DNA of 64,000 bases from Actinomycetota bacterium. Lineage in GTDB: Bacteria > Actinomycetota > Humimicrobiia > Humimicrobiales > Humimicrobiaceae. Below, piece by piece: positions 1-8,474 of the stretch (within the stretch, counting starts at the first letter, position 1; each line of letters starts with the position of its first letter). The position numbers and the translations under genes were made by a program. The notes beneath the pieces were generated by a model, which worked only from the letters and a program-made list of their open reading frames with translations, was not told where the DNA came from and ran no database searches. The DNA is taken from positions 683 through 64,682 of the forward strand of contig JAMDEN010000014.1 in NCBI GenBank assembly GCA_023487035.1. The letters are read 5' to 3'.

Positions 1-61
1 ATTACATTTATAATTTAAGAAATAAATAAAAAAAAATCAAGTAAATAAATAATTTTAATAA

Positions 62-511
62 TTAAGGTTTGTTTCTCCATCTTCCTCTTCTATGTCTTCT
101 AAAAGAATCAGCAGAAATTTCTGTCAAGTCATCGCTACTGCAATTTGAACAAATTTCTGCATTATCTTTTTTATTTTCTAAATTTTGAAACTGTCCGCAT
201 CTATTGCACTGAAAAACTTTTCCTGAGAATTTAAATTCTCCTCCCTCTATTCTGATAGCTTTCCCTTCTACAATAGCACTGCTGATTTTGTTATGAGCAC
301 TTTCCAGTAAGCGGGTAAATGTTGGTCTTGAAATATTCATCATTTTTGAAGATTCATAATGATTAAGCTTTTCATAATCAGCAAGTCTTATGGCTTCATA
401 TTCATCTATATTTAAATTTATAATTTCTGTTTCCCTGAGAGATCTTCCTTGTGGTTTAAAAAAAACAACCTTAGGCGGAAGGGATACTTCTCTTATTTTT
501 TTTGGTTTCAT
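62..511 (-). CDS. DUF134/UPF0251 family putative DNA-binding protein with C-terminal CxxC...CxxC zinc-ribbon extension
   Basis: ORF 149 aa. N-terminus (KPKKIRE..FKP.G..L..I.L..DEYEAIRL.D...L...E.S..M.ISRPTF.RLL.SAHNKI..A...GKAIRIEGG) matches the conserved UPF0251 pattern. C-terminal CNRCG...CSNCSS. 4-bp overlap (ATGA) with the upstream paralog. Confidence 0.65.
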   Translation of the reverse strand: MKPKKIREVSLPPKVVFFKPQGRSLRETEIINLNIDEYEAIRLADYEKLNHYESSKMMNISRPTFTRLLESAHNKISSAIVEGKAIRIEGGEFKFSGKVFQCNRCGQFQNLENKKDNAEICSNCSSDDLTEISADSFRRHRRGRWRNKP

Positions 512-828
512 TCCTGTTTTTTAGCTAAATCTGGATTTATTATTTCTACTGTGCCGCCTTTTAATTCAATTGCACAATTCTTATCTAATGCTTCTGCAAT
601 TTTTTTATGAGCTGAATTTAATATTCTCTGATATGTTCCTCTTGAAACATTCATGTGCTTTGCTGCTTCTATCTGACTCATTTCAAGTAAATCACTTAAC
701 CTTATCGCTTCATATTCATCTAATTCAATATGAATGATATTTAATTGCGTTAAAGGAATCCCTCTTGGTTTAAAATATCTGAAACCAGGATCATTATAAA
801 TGCATCTTTTTTTCTTTGGTCTTGCCAT
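508..828 (-). CDS. DUF134/UPF0251 family putative DNA-binding protein (paralog)
   Basis: ORF 508..837. Likely start at MARPKKKR (828). Strong similarity to the typical UPF0251 sequence (ARPKK.R......FKP.G.PL..L....I.LDEYEAIRL.D......EAA..M.VSR.T.QRIL.SA.KKIA.AL.....I...GG). Confidence 0.7.
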   Translation of the reverse strand: MARPKKKRCIYNDPGFRYFKPRGIPLTQLNIIHIELDEYEAIRLSDLLEMSQIEAAKHMNVSRGTYQRILNSAHKKIAEALDKNCAIELKGGTVEIINPDLAKKQE

Positions 829-1075
829 AAGATACATCCAATATAAATAATTTAAAATTTTAACTAATTTTTTACTTATAAATTATTTTATAAAATTATA
901 TTAAAATTAACCAGCTAATCAATTAATAAATTTCCCCAAATCACTTTATAATTGAAATCTATTATTTATCAGTTAATTTACAACTTCTAATTTTTCTGTG
1001 AAATATTTGTTATAGAATTTAAAAAAAATTGTAATAAAATATAACTAACACAAACAATAATAAAATATTTTAAAT

Positions 1076-3109
1076 ATGAATAATTCGGCAAGAATAAAAT
1101 TATATCATATTCTTTTCACTACTTTTATAGTTATTGGCTTGATAATATCCTTATTTCTAAAAAATTCTTTTATTTTTATAAATTTTTTATGTTTAATGTT
1201 AATAGTTGCTTTATCCTTTTTTTTAGGAATTAAAGGTTCGTTGCCTGCATTATTTTTTAGCATTATTTGTGTTATTTGTTATAATTACATTAATAATTTC
1301 AATTTAAATACACCCATTAACATCATAGTTATTGTTAATTACTCCATAATAAGTATTTCCTTTGGAATAGCCAGGGATATTTATTTAAAGCAAAGAAATA
1401 ATATTTTAAAATATGCAGCAAATTTAAATAATGCAAAGGAATCACTTGACAGCAAAAATGAACTGCTGGAAAAAATACTATCAAACATTCCTGCAATTTT
1501 TTACATTAGAGATACTAATTTAAAGTTTACAAAAGTAAATAACGCATTTGAGAATTTAGTAAATAAGAAGGCATCAGACATTATTGGAAAAACTGATTTT
1601 GATCTTTATCCTGAAGTTAACGCAAAGAAAATGGCACAAGATGATGTTGAAGTATTAAATTCAGATAAACCAAAATTAAACATCGAAGAAAATATTCTTA
1701 TGCCTGATGGAAGAAATATATGGCTAATTGCAAATAAAATGCCTCTTCATGATAAAGATGGCAAAGTTATTGGAATAATGGGAATTTCTCATGACATTAC
1801 AGAATTAAAAAAGATGAGTGTACAGGTAGAAACTATCCTTGACAGTTTTCCATATAAAGCATGGTTAAAAGATAAAGAAGGCCATTTTCTTGCTGTAAAT
1901 GAACTTTTAGCAAAATCTGTTTTTAAAAGCAAGAAGGAAATGATTGGAAAAACTGATTTTGATATTTATCCGGAAGAGCACGCAAAGAGATTTCGCGAAG
2001 ATGATTTGGCAATAATGAATTCAAGAGAAGCAAAATCTTTTGAAGAAATGTCTTATGATAATAATACAACAAAACTTCATGAAACATATAAGGCTCCTGT
2101 TATAAATGAAGCAGGTGAAGTAATAGGTACTACAGGTTATGCCAGAGATATCAGTGAAATACAGAAATGTCTTTTTGAATCAAGAGAATTAAATAATTTT
2201 TTTAACTCTGTTATAGATAACATTCCGATTATGCTTTTTTTAAAAGAAGCAAAAGATTTAAGATTTAGAATGATAAATAAAGCTACAGAAGAACTGTTAG
2301 GTTTATCAAGAGAAGATTTGATCGGGAAAACAGATTATGATGTTTTCCCCAAATATCAGGCGGATTTTTTTGTAAAAAAAGACAGGGAAGTTTTAAATAA
2401 TGGCACTCAACTTCTAATAGAAGAAGAAAAAATTACTTCTAAAAATAAAAAAATGATACTTAGTACAAAAAAAATACCTATTTTAGATGAAAATGGCAAA
2501 CCTGCATATCTTCTTGGAATTTCAGAAGATATAACAAACAAAAAGCAAATGGAAAAAATGATAAAAAAATTAGCTTATTACGATTTTGTTACAAATCTGC
2601 CAAATAGAAATCTCTTTAAAGACCGATTTAAAATTGCAGTTGAGCAGGCAAAAAGAAATAATAAAAAGATAATGATTACAATGATTGATTTTGATAAATT
2701 TAAAGAAATAAACGATAAATATGGTCATAATATTGGAGATAAATTATTAAAAAGTTTTGCAAACAGAATAAAAAGAATTGTTAGAAAAACAGATACTTTC
2801 GCAAGATTTGGCGGAGATGAATTTGCTATGATTTTAAGTGATTTTTATAATATTGAAGATATGGAAAAATTTGCTAAAAAAATAATTGATTCTTTTAAAG
2901 AGCCTTTTAAAATCAGTGAGCTAAAATTAAACATTAAAGGCAGCATGGGTATTTCTATTTATCCTGATGACGGCTTAAAACAATCAGATCTTGTTAAATT
3001 TGCTGATATTGCAATGTATGATTCAAAAAATAATGGAGGAAATAAATATCAATTTTATTTCAGATTAAAAGAAAATAAAAAGAATGTTAATAGTGTGCAA
3101 CTTAATTAA
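1076..3109 (+). CDS. membrane-anchored multi-PAS sensor diguanylate cyclase (GGDEF)
   Basis: 677 aa. N-terminal hydrophobic segment (about 4 TM helices). Three to four PAS-like repeats (repeated GKTDFD.YPE motifs). C-terminal GGDEF domain with intact RFGGDEF active site and an RxxD I-site (RKTD) 5 residues upstream. Confidence 0.85.
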   Translation: MNNSARIKLYHILFTTFIVIGLIISLFLKNSFIFINFLCLMLIVALSFFLGIKGSLPALFFSIICVICYNYINNFNLNTPINIIVIVNYSIISISFGIARDIYLKQRNNILKYAANLNNAKESLDSKNELLEKILSNIPAIFYIRDTNLKFTKVNNAFENLVNKKASDIIGKTDFDLYPEVNAKKMAQDDVEVLNSDKPKLNIEENILMPDGRNIWLIANKMPLHDKDGKVIGIMGISHDITELKKMSVQVETILDSFPYKAWLKDKEGHFLAVNELLAKSVFKSKKEMIGKTDFDIYPEEHAKRFREDDLAIMNSREAKSFEEMSYDNNTTKLHETYKAPVINEAGEVIGTTGYARDISEIQKCLFESRELNNFFNSVIDNIPIMLFLKEAKDLRFRMINKATEELLGLSREDLIGKTDYDVFPKYQADFFVKKDREVLNNGTQLLIEEEKITSKNKKMILSTKKIPILDENGKPAYLLGISEDITNKKQMEKMIKKLAYYDFVTNLPNRNLFKDRFKIAVEQAKRNNKKIMITMIDFDKFKEINDKYGHNIGDKLLKSFANRIKRIVRKTDTFARFGGDEFAMILSDFYNIEDMEKFAKKIIDSFKEPFKISELKLNIKGSMGISIYPDDGLKQSDLVKFADIAMYDSKNNGGNKYQFYFRLKENKKNVNSVQLN

Positions 3110-3390
3110 AAAGACTTAATTAAAAAATTTAAGCATTTTAGCTTTGCATTACGCATTATAATTAGTGCATTATATTAGTGCATTATAATTAAGGCTATTG
3201 CATCAGAATTAAGAAATTTTATAAATTATCTGGAAGATTATCCTGGAAATTTATTTATATTGTTACTCTATTTATAATACTTTATATTAACAATTTTACC
3301 CTTTATTTTACCCTCAAATTTGTCATAGACTAATTAATTAATAATTTTTTAATCATAATTTTTTAATCATACTTAATTTTATATATTGCT

Positions 3391-6300
3391 TTAATTTTTC
3401 TTTGCATCATTTTTACCCTGCAGATAATCAATCATAGGCTTTGAAATTAATGGAATTACATCTTTAAGCATATGAGGCATTAAGTTATCCATTACTTTTG
3501 GCATAATCTGCGGCATCTGTTCGTTCATATAATCAGGCATTGGAATTTTATCTGCCACTCTTTGCAGCATTGTATCCATTACTTTTGGCATCATTTTTGG
3601 AAGAAGTATTGGAAATAAAACTGGAAATAACGGCTTCATTGCTTGAAGTACGCCAGGTATTTTACCGAAAAACCTCATCATTGAGCCCATTTTAAATGGC
3701 ATAGCATTTATTAGCTCAGGCCACATTGACTTCATTATATCAGCAAAACCAGCAGGGCTCATAAGAGCAATCATAGCTTCAAAAACAGCCCATTGTTTTT
3801 TAACTTCCGGATCAGGTTCAGGGAAATCATAACCAATTGCAGATGCTGTAAAATGAGCAAGATCATCAATTTCAAGTGGTATCTGTTTTTTATTTTTTGT
3901 TACTCTGAATTGAAATTCACAACATGGACATAATGATAATACTTTCTTTGCTCCAGCTTCAACAGCTTCATCAAGTCTGACTTTGCCAACTTCTGCTGCT
4001 ACGGTGGGTTCTTTAATTAAGGTTAAAACACTTCCACAGCAATGAGCCTCCTCCTTATTATAATCCATCTCAACTAATGTTACATTGGGAATAGCCTTAA
4101 TAACTTCACGCGGAGCATCGTAAATTCCCATAGCTCTGCCCATATGACAGGAGTCATGCCATGTTACAGTTACAGGTTCCATATTATTTGGAGGAAAAGT
4201 AAATTCCTTATTTTTTATCTTTTCTGCAAGTATTTCAGAATAATGCTTTACCTTTATATCATACTTTATTCCAAGCTTCTTGGCCCATTGAGGATAAACC
4301 TGTCGCCACATCATGTCACATGAAGGACATGAGGCAACAATTGTATTGCCGCCAATATTATTTATAGCATTTATATTTCTCTTCATATTTTCTGCAAATA
4401 CATCCCATTTACCTGCTACAAGCATGGGCACACCACAACAGCTTTCCGTTATTCCCATATAATTAAAGTCAACACCAGCTTCATCCAGCAATCTCACTGT
4501 TGCCATTCCTATGTCATTTTCGACATAACTTGCAGTACAACCAGCAAAATAAACAATATCTGTTTTTTTATCTGGATTATAATGTTTAGCTTTTAAATCT
4601 TGTGGAAACCATGCATCTCTGTCTTTTCGATAACCTGCCCATATATCTCCTTCTTTCTGGAGAGCTGCAGACATCATTTCAAATGGTGGTATAGTCATTT
4701 TATTTTCTTCATTTATTAAAAGCCCCCTTAGTTTCATCCATGAAGGTTCTATCGGAAGATTTACAGAACATTTTGTATTACACATCTCACAAGTTGTACA
4801 TGCTAAAAAAGAATCCACCATATGCTGATTCCATTTTTCACGCCCTTCCATATATTCTCTTAGCCAATACCACCTGCCTCTCGGACTTTGACTTTCCCAA
4901 CCGCGTCCATAATATTGATCGCATTCAGGGACGCAATAACCGCATTGTGAGCATGTATAAGCATACCATGCAACATCAGCGGGAATATCCTTCACCGGTT
5001 TAGCTGGACGTTCCCCAATTTTTGTTGCTACGCTATTCCCGATTGGCCTAATTATTGGCTCTATAAACTCAGCAAAACCCATAATAATATCAATTTTTTT
5101 ATTACCAAAAATCTTTTTAGGATTCATGATATTATAAGGATCTTTATCTGATTTAAACTTTTTTAATTCGGCTAATCTCTCGCTACCTAAAACACTTCGT
5201 GCTTTTTTAGCAAAATACACTCCTGCTGCATAAGCACGTCCTCCATGTTTTTGCGCAATTTTTAATATTGTTAAAGTCAGAGCAAAAACTAAATTATAAC
5301 TGAACTTACGCTGATCACTGGGTATAAATCCTAAAATAACTACTTCTGGTTTACCTTCCCTTCCCTTTTTAATCACAAGCCCTTCTTTTACAACTGGCTG
5401 ACGAACTTTTTTATTTATTTCTGTTAAAACATCATCAAGTGCTGATAAAGGTATGCTAAATTCTGCAGGAACTAAGCTGGGACTTAATCTTTTTACTAAC
5501 ATAACTTTAAATCTGTTTTCCCATTCATGCTGTGCTATTTCGCTGTTAAGTATTTCACCCTGATTTGAATTAACTAAAGCAGATAAATTTTTACTGATTT
5601 CATTACTGTCTTTTTTTCTATAAGCTAAGGTTGCAATATAGGCTTCGGGCAAAATTATTTGCTTTTCTATTATATGGCCTTCATGAGTTCTAAGTGGTGA
5701 TTTATTCTTTAAACTTGCCATTTGCGGATTAATAAAAAGAATTGACCAGATAGGTAAATTTTTATCTGTAACAGTTTGTAAAAATTTTTGAAGGTCATTT
5801 AATTTCTTAAAACTTACAGCAGTAATATCAAGTTCATCATAAGGCATAACTTTAATTGTAATTTCACTTATCAAGCCTGTAGTTCCTTCAGCATCAGATA
5901 TTAAATCCAGTTCAGAGCCTTTAAAATCTTTTATTGTGCCGTCAGGTAGCACCACACGGGCACTTACCACATTATCACGAAATGTACCAGCTTCAAAGGA
6001 ACCTATGCCTGCACCACCCTGTGCAAGCCAGCCGCCAACTGTAGAACCAGGATAACTTGTTGGATATAATTTTAACGTTAACCCTTTTTTGTTAAGTTCC
6101 CTATCCAGTTTTTCCCAAATTATGCCTGGCTGAACTGTTACTGTATTATCTGAAGAATTGATTTTAATAATTTTTTTCATCCTGTAAAAATCAACAACTA
6201 TTCCCTTTTTTAAGGGCAAAACACCTCCATAACCTGAAGTTGCATTACCACGCGGCGTAAGTGCTATATTATGATTTACTGCAAAATTTACTAATTTTAC

Positions 6301-6477
6301 AAGTTCTTCTTCTGATTGGGGTTGTACTACTGCATCTGCTAATGTGCCACCAATAAGTGGCTTTATGATTGCCGGCATTGCAGCAATATCATGGCTATAT
6401 AATTTTCTTTCAATTCTATTAAAAGAAATCCTGCCGCCAAATATATCTATTAGTTCCTTTTGTAAATTAATTTTCAT
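3391..6477 (-). CDS. fused FAD-linked oxidase (GlcD-like) / Fe-S CCG-domain (GlcF/HdrD-like) oxidoreductase with Met/Pro-rich C-terminal tail
   Basis: 1028 aa. N-terminal FAD_binding_4-type motifs (RGNATSGYGG, GGWLAQGGAGIGS). Two CxxCxxCxxxCP ferredoxin-like motifs (CSQCGYCVPEC, CTTCEMCNTKC). Two CCG cysteine-rich domains (CCGVPM, CCGSV). About 130 aa C-terminal tail extremely rich in Met and Pro. Confidence 0.8.
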   Translation of the reverse strand: MKINLQKELIDIFGGRISFNRIERKLYSHDIAAMPAIIKPLIGGTLADAVVQPQSEEELVKLVNFAVNHNIALTPRGNATSGYGGVLPLKKGIVVDFYRMKKIIKINSSDNTVTVQPGIIWEKLDRELNKKGLTLKLYPTSYPGSTVGGWLAQGGAGIGSFEAGTFRDNVVSARVVLPDGTIKDFKGSELDLISDAEGTTGLISEITIKVMPYDELDITAVSFKKLNDLQKFLQTVTDKNLPIWSILFINPQMASLKNKSPLRTHEGHIIEKQIILPEAYIATLAYRKKDSNEISKNLSALVNSNQGEILNSEIAQHEWENRFKVMLVKRLSPSLVPAEFSIPLSALDDVLTEINKKVRQPVVKEGLVIKKGREGKPEVVILGFIPSDQRKFSYNLVFALTLTILKIAQKHGGRAYAAGVYFAKKARSVLGSERLAELKKFKSDKDPYNIMNPKKIFGNKKIDIIMGFAEFIEPIIRPIGNSVATKIGERPAKPVKDIPADVAWYAYTCSQCGYCVPECDQYYGRGWESQSPRGRWYWLREYMEGREKWNQHMVDSFLACTTCEMCNTKCSVNLPIEPSWMKLRGLLINEENKMTIPPFEMMSAALQKEGDIWAGYRKDRDAWFPQDLKAKHYNPDKKTDIVYFAGCTASYVENDIGMATVRLLDEAGVDFNYMGITESCCGVPMLVAGKWDVFAENMKRNINAINNIGGNTIVASCPSCDMMWRQVYPQWAKKLGIKYDIKVKHYSEILAEKIKNKEFTFPPNNMEPVTVTWHDSCHMGRAMGIYDAPREVIKAIPNVTLVEMDYNKEEAHCCGSVLTLIKEPTVAAEVGKVRLDEAVEAGAKKVLSLCPCCEFQFRVTKNKKQIPLEIDDLAHFTASAIGYDFPEPDPEVKKQWAVFEAMIALMSPAGFADIMKSMWPELINAMPFKMGSMMRFFGKIPGVLQAMKPLFPVLFPILLPKMMPKVMDTMLQRVADKIPMPDYMNEQMPQIMPKVMDNLMPHMLKDVIPLISKPMIDYLQGKNDAKKN

Positions 6478-6675
6478 TAGATAATCTCCTAAGTATTTCC
6501 ATATTATAAATTTTCGTATTATAAATTATAAATTTATTATTATTTTATTAATCTTTGATTATAACTTTCTAAACTTTTTAAATATTATAGCTATAAAATA
6601 TATTATTTTAATTTATTAAAACTTTTACTTTAAGACTTGTTCTTTATAGCCTCTCTCCTGGCAATTCTTAATAAG

Positions 6676-7044
6676 CTACTTATTTTCTTCGATTGCATCA
6701 TTTATAACTTTATGTTTATCCTGAAATGTTTTTTGAAGCACTTCACTTATAAGATCATAAGCCTGAATAATCTTAGGATTTGAAATTGAATAATAAATAT
6801 TATTCCCATCTCTTCTGGAATTAACTATCCCCCTGTTTCTTAAAATAGCCAGATGCTGGGAAATAGTAGCTTGAGTAATACCTGTTTCGTTAACAAGCTC
6901 AGTAACAGTTAGTTCTCTGCTTCTTAAAGTATCTATTATCGCCTGCCTGACTGGATTTCCGATTGTTTTACAAATATCAGAATGCAGGTTATAAAAATTT
7001 TTCTTTATCATATTTTTGTAATTTTTTTTATCGTATTTTTGCAA
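6676..7044 (-). CDS. ArsR/SmtB-family HTH transcriptional regulator
   Basis: 122 aa. Winged HTH signature (...NPVRQAIIDTL...LTVTELV..TGITQATISQHLAILRNRGIV..RRDG..IYYSI). No Cys in the alpha3 ELCVCDL position, so metal sensing is not evident. Confidence 0.75.
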   Translation of the reverse strand: MQKYDKKNYKNMIKKNFYNLHSDICKTIGNPVRQAIIDTLRSRELTVTELVNETGITQATISQHLAILRNRGIVNSRRDGNNIYYSISNPKIIQAYDLISEVLQKTFQDKHKVINDAIEENK

Positions 7045-7172
7045 TAAATTTATATTAATATTAGCAAATAAAAAATTACAATATATAAATATTATAATAT
7101 TTAAAATGTAATATATTTTTTAATATTTATCAAGATTTATTAAGAAAAAAATAAAACTCTTTCTTTAAAATG

Positions 7173-7583
7173 TTAAAAATCATTAACAGTCAGAAATTCA
7201 CCTGGGGAAATTATTTGAATATCATTATACTCTTTTAAATTTAATAAGTGCTTATCTCCAGAAATAATATAACTTGCTTTACCGGCAACAGCACATTCAA
7301 TAAATTTTAAATCATCAGAATCATCAATTTCCAAATCTATCTTTTGAACCATATTAAAATACAAAATGTTTTCTTTTCTTTCAAAAATTTTAATAAATTC
7401 ATATAGTTCAGGTTCACCAGCTAAGCCAAGCCGCATTAAAACTTCTAAATATTCTTCTATTATTTCTTTTGTTAAGCAAACAACTAATTTACTTGTTTTC
7501 CATAAATCAATAATTTTCCTCGGGTTGATTGATTGCTTAAAAAAAGAAGATATAAATACATTTGTATCTATAACTACTTTCAT
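7173..7583 (-). CDS. PIN-domain toxin (VapC-like)
   Basis: 136 aa. N-terminal MKVVIDTNVFISSF, characteristic of PIN-domain toxins with acidic residues D6, E, D. 4-bp overlap with the upstream small RHH gene. Confidence 0.75.
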   Translation of the reverse strand: MKVVIDTNVFISSFFKQSINPRKIIDLWKTSKLVVCLTKEIIEEYLEVLMRLGLAGEPELYEFIKIFERKENILYFNMVQKIDLEIDDSDDLKFIECAVAGKASYIISGDKHLLNLKEYNDIQIISPGEFLTVNDF

Positions 7584-7822
7584 TTTTTTCGCACTTCTTC
7601 TATGGCTTTATCAATATCTTTTTCTGAAAACCCTTTGTTTTCAATTTTTTCTGAAATTCTTGACCATAAATCATCAATAATTTTAGAAAAATCATTTTCT
7701 GCTACAAAATCAGCCATTAACTCCCTTACTTTGTCGCTGGTTGTTTTCCCTTCCATTCTTGCTAATTTTGTAAAATCATTTTTTAGATTTTTATCAACTC
7801 TTATTATTATTTTTTCATCCAT
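7580..7822 (-). CDS. ribbon-helix-helix antitoxin (VapB/CopG-like) paired with PIN toxin
   Basis: 80 aa. IIRVDKNLKNDFTKLAR..G.T.S..VRELM pattern of an RHH beta-strand plus two helices. ATGA overlap with the PIN gene. Confidence 0.55.
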   Translation of the reverse strand: MDEKIIIRVDKNLKNDFTKLARMEGKTTSDKVRELMADFVAENDFSKIIDDLWSRISEKIENKGFSEKDIDKAIEEVRKK

Positions 7823-7934
7823 ATTGTGCCTCTTTATCGTATCATTTGTATATTACGTATATACTAATTATACAACTTATGCTCAAAAATTAAATATAAG
7901 AAAATATAAGAAATATAAAATTGTTTAAAAAATA

Positions 7935-8120
7935 TTAAAGGCTTCTTTGCAGTGTCTTAAAATCCATATATTTATTAATCGTATCTATCTGAAATTTAAT
8001 TCTAATTTTTTCATCTTTACAAAAAATTAAATCTCCATAATAAATTACAGAATATTTTAATAAAATAGATGCAGAACTTAAAATTACTAAATCAATTTTA
8101 CTGGTTTTTAAATATGACAT
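7935..8120 (-). CDS. hypothetical small protein
   Basis: ORF 7935..8132 begins with TTG. ATG at 8118-8120 gives about 61 aa (MSYLKTSKIDLVIL...). No recognisable domain. Possibly a gene remnant. Confidence 0.2.
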   Translation of the reverse strand: MSYLKTSKIDLVILSSASILLKYSVIYYGDLIFCKDEKIRIKFQIDTINKYMDFKTLQRSL

Positions 8121-8474
8121 TAAATTAGACAATATTTCAGCCTGATAACCATATTAAGCTAAAGCAGGCTAAAATGAGAACCTTAAAAAAAGAAAAGTAA
8201 GCTAAATAAGAAAAACTTTTATGATTTATGATATTGTTAATGAAAATAAAATGATAAAAAAGTAATAAGATAAAAATATGAAAAATTTATTACATAATTT
8301 AAAAATTCTTTTATAATAAAATACAAGCATTTTTACAACAAATGTAATTTTTTAAAGAATGAAATTAAAGGGCTTGTTTTAAAGCTATATAATGATTTAA
8401 TAGAACTTTTTTAATTAAAATAATAAGTAATTATTTTTCATTAATATTGTTGATAGTAGATTGAAAGGAAATTC

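Noticed and set aside
3110-3200. Direct repeats of 'agtgcattata(a)tt' between the convergent GGDEF and oxidoreductase genes
   Set aside because: Three short AT-rich near-repeats in a convergent terminator region. No coding or structural signal. Likely incidental.
4740-5003. Plus-strand ORFs embedded antisense in long minus-strand genes (e.g. 4740-5003, 8876-9058, 9860-10111, 10830-11072, 11641-12015, 16296-16532, 16800-17027, 25135-25428, 28455-28745, 29338-29640, 31261-32052, 37675-37965, 48432-48860, 60470-60712, 61198-61470)
   Set aside because: All are fully nested antisense to confidently assigned genes. They have low-complexity or hydrophobic translations and no RBS, as expected of chance ORFs in an AT-rich genome.
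6676-7044. ArsR regulator as a metal (As/Cd/Zn) sensor linked to the Met-rich oxidoreductase tail
   Set aside because: The alpha3 ELCVCDL Cys pair and alpha5 His/Asp/Glu metal site are not evident (ELTVTELV at that position). Metal sensing therefore cannot be claimed from the sequence.
7366-7928. Plus-strand ORFs 7366-7680 and 7533-7928 across the VapBC locus
   Set aside because: Their low-complexity Ser/Phe/Leu-rich translations lie antisense to the RHH and PIN genes. The minus-strand pair has the recognisable motifs and 4-bp coupling.
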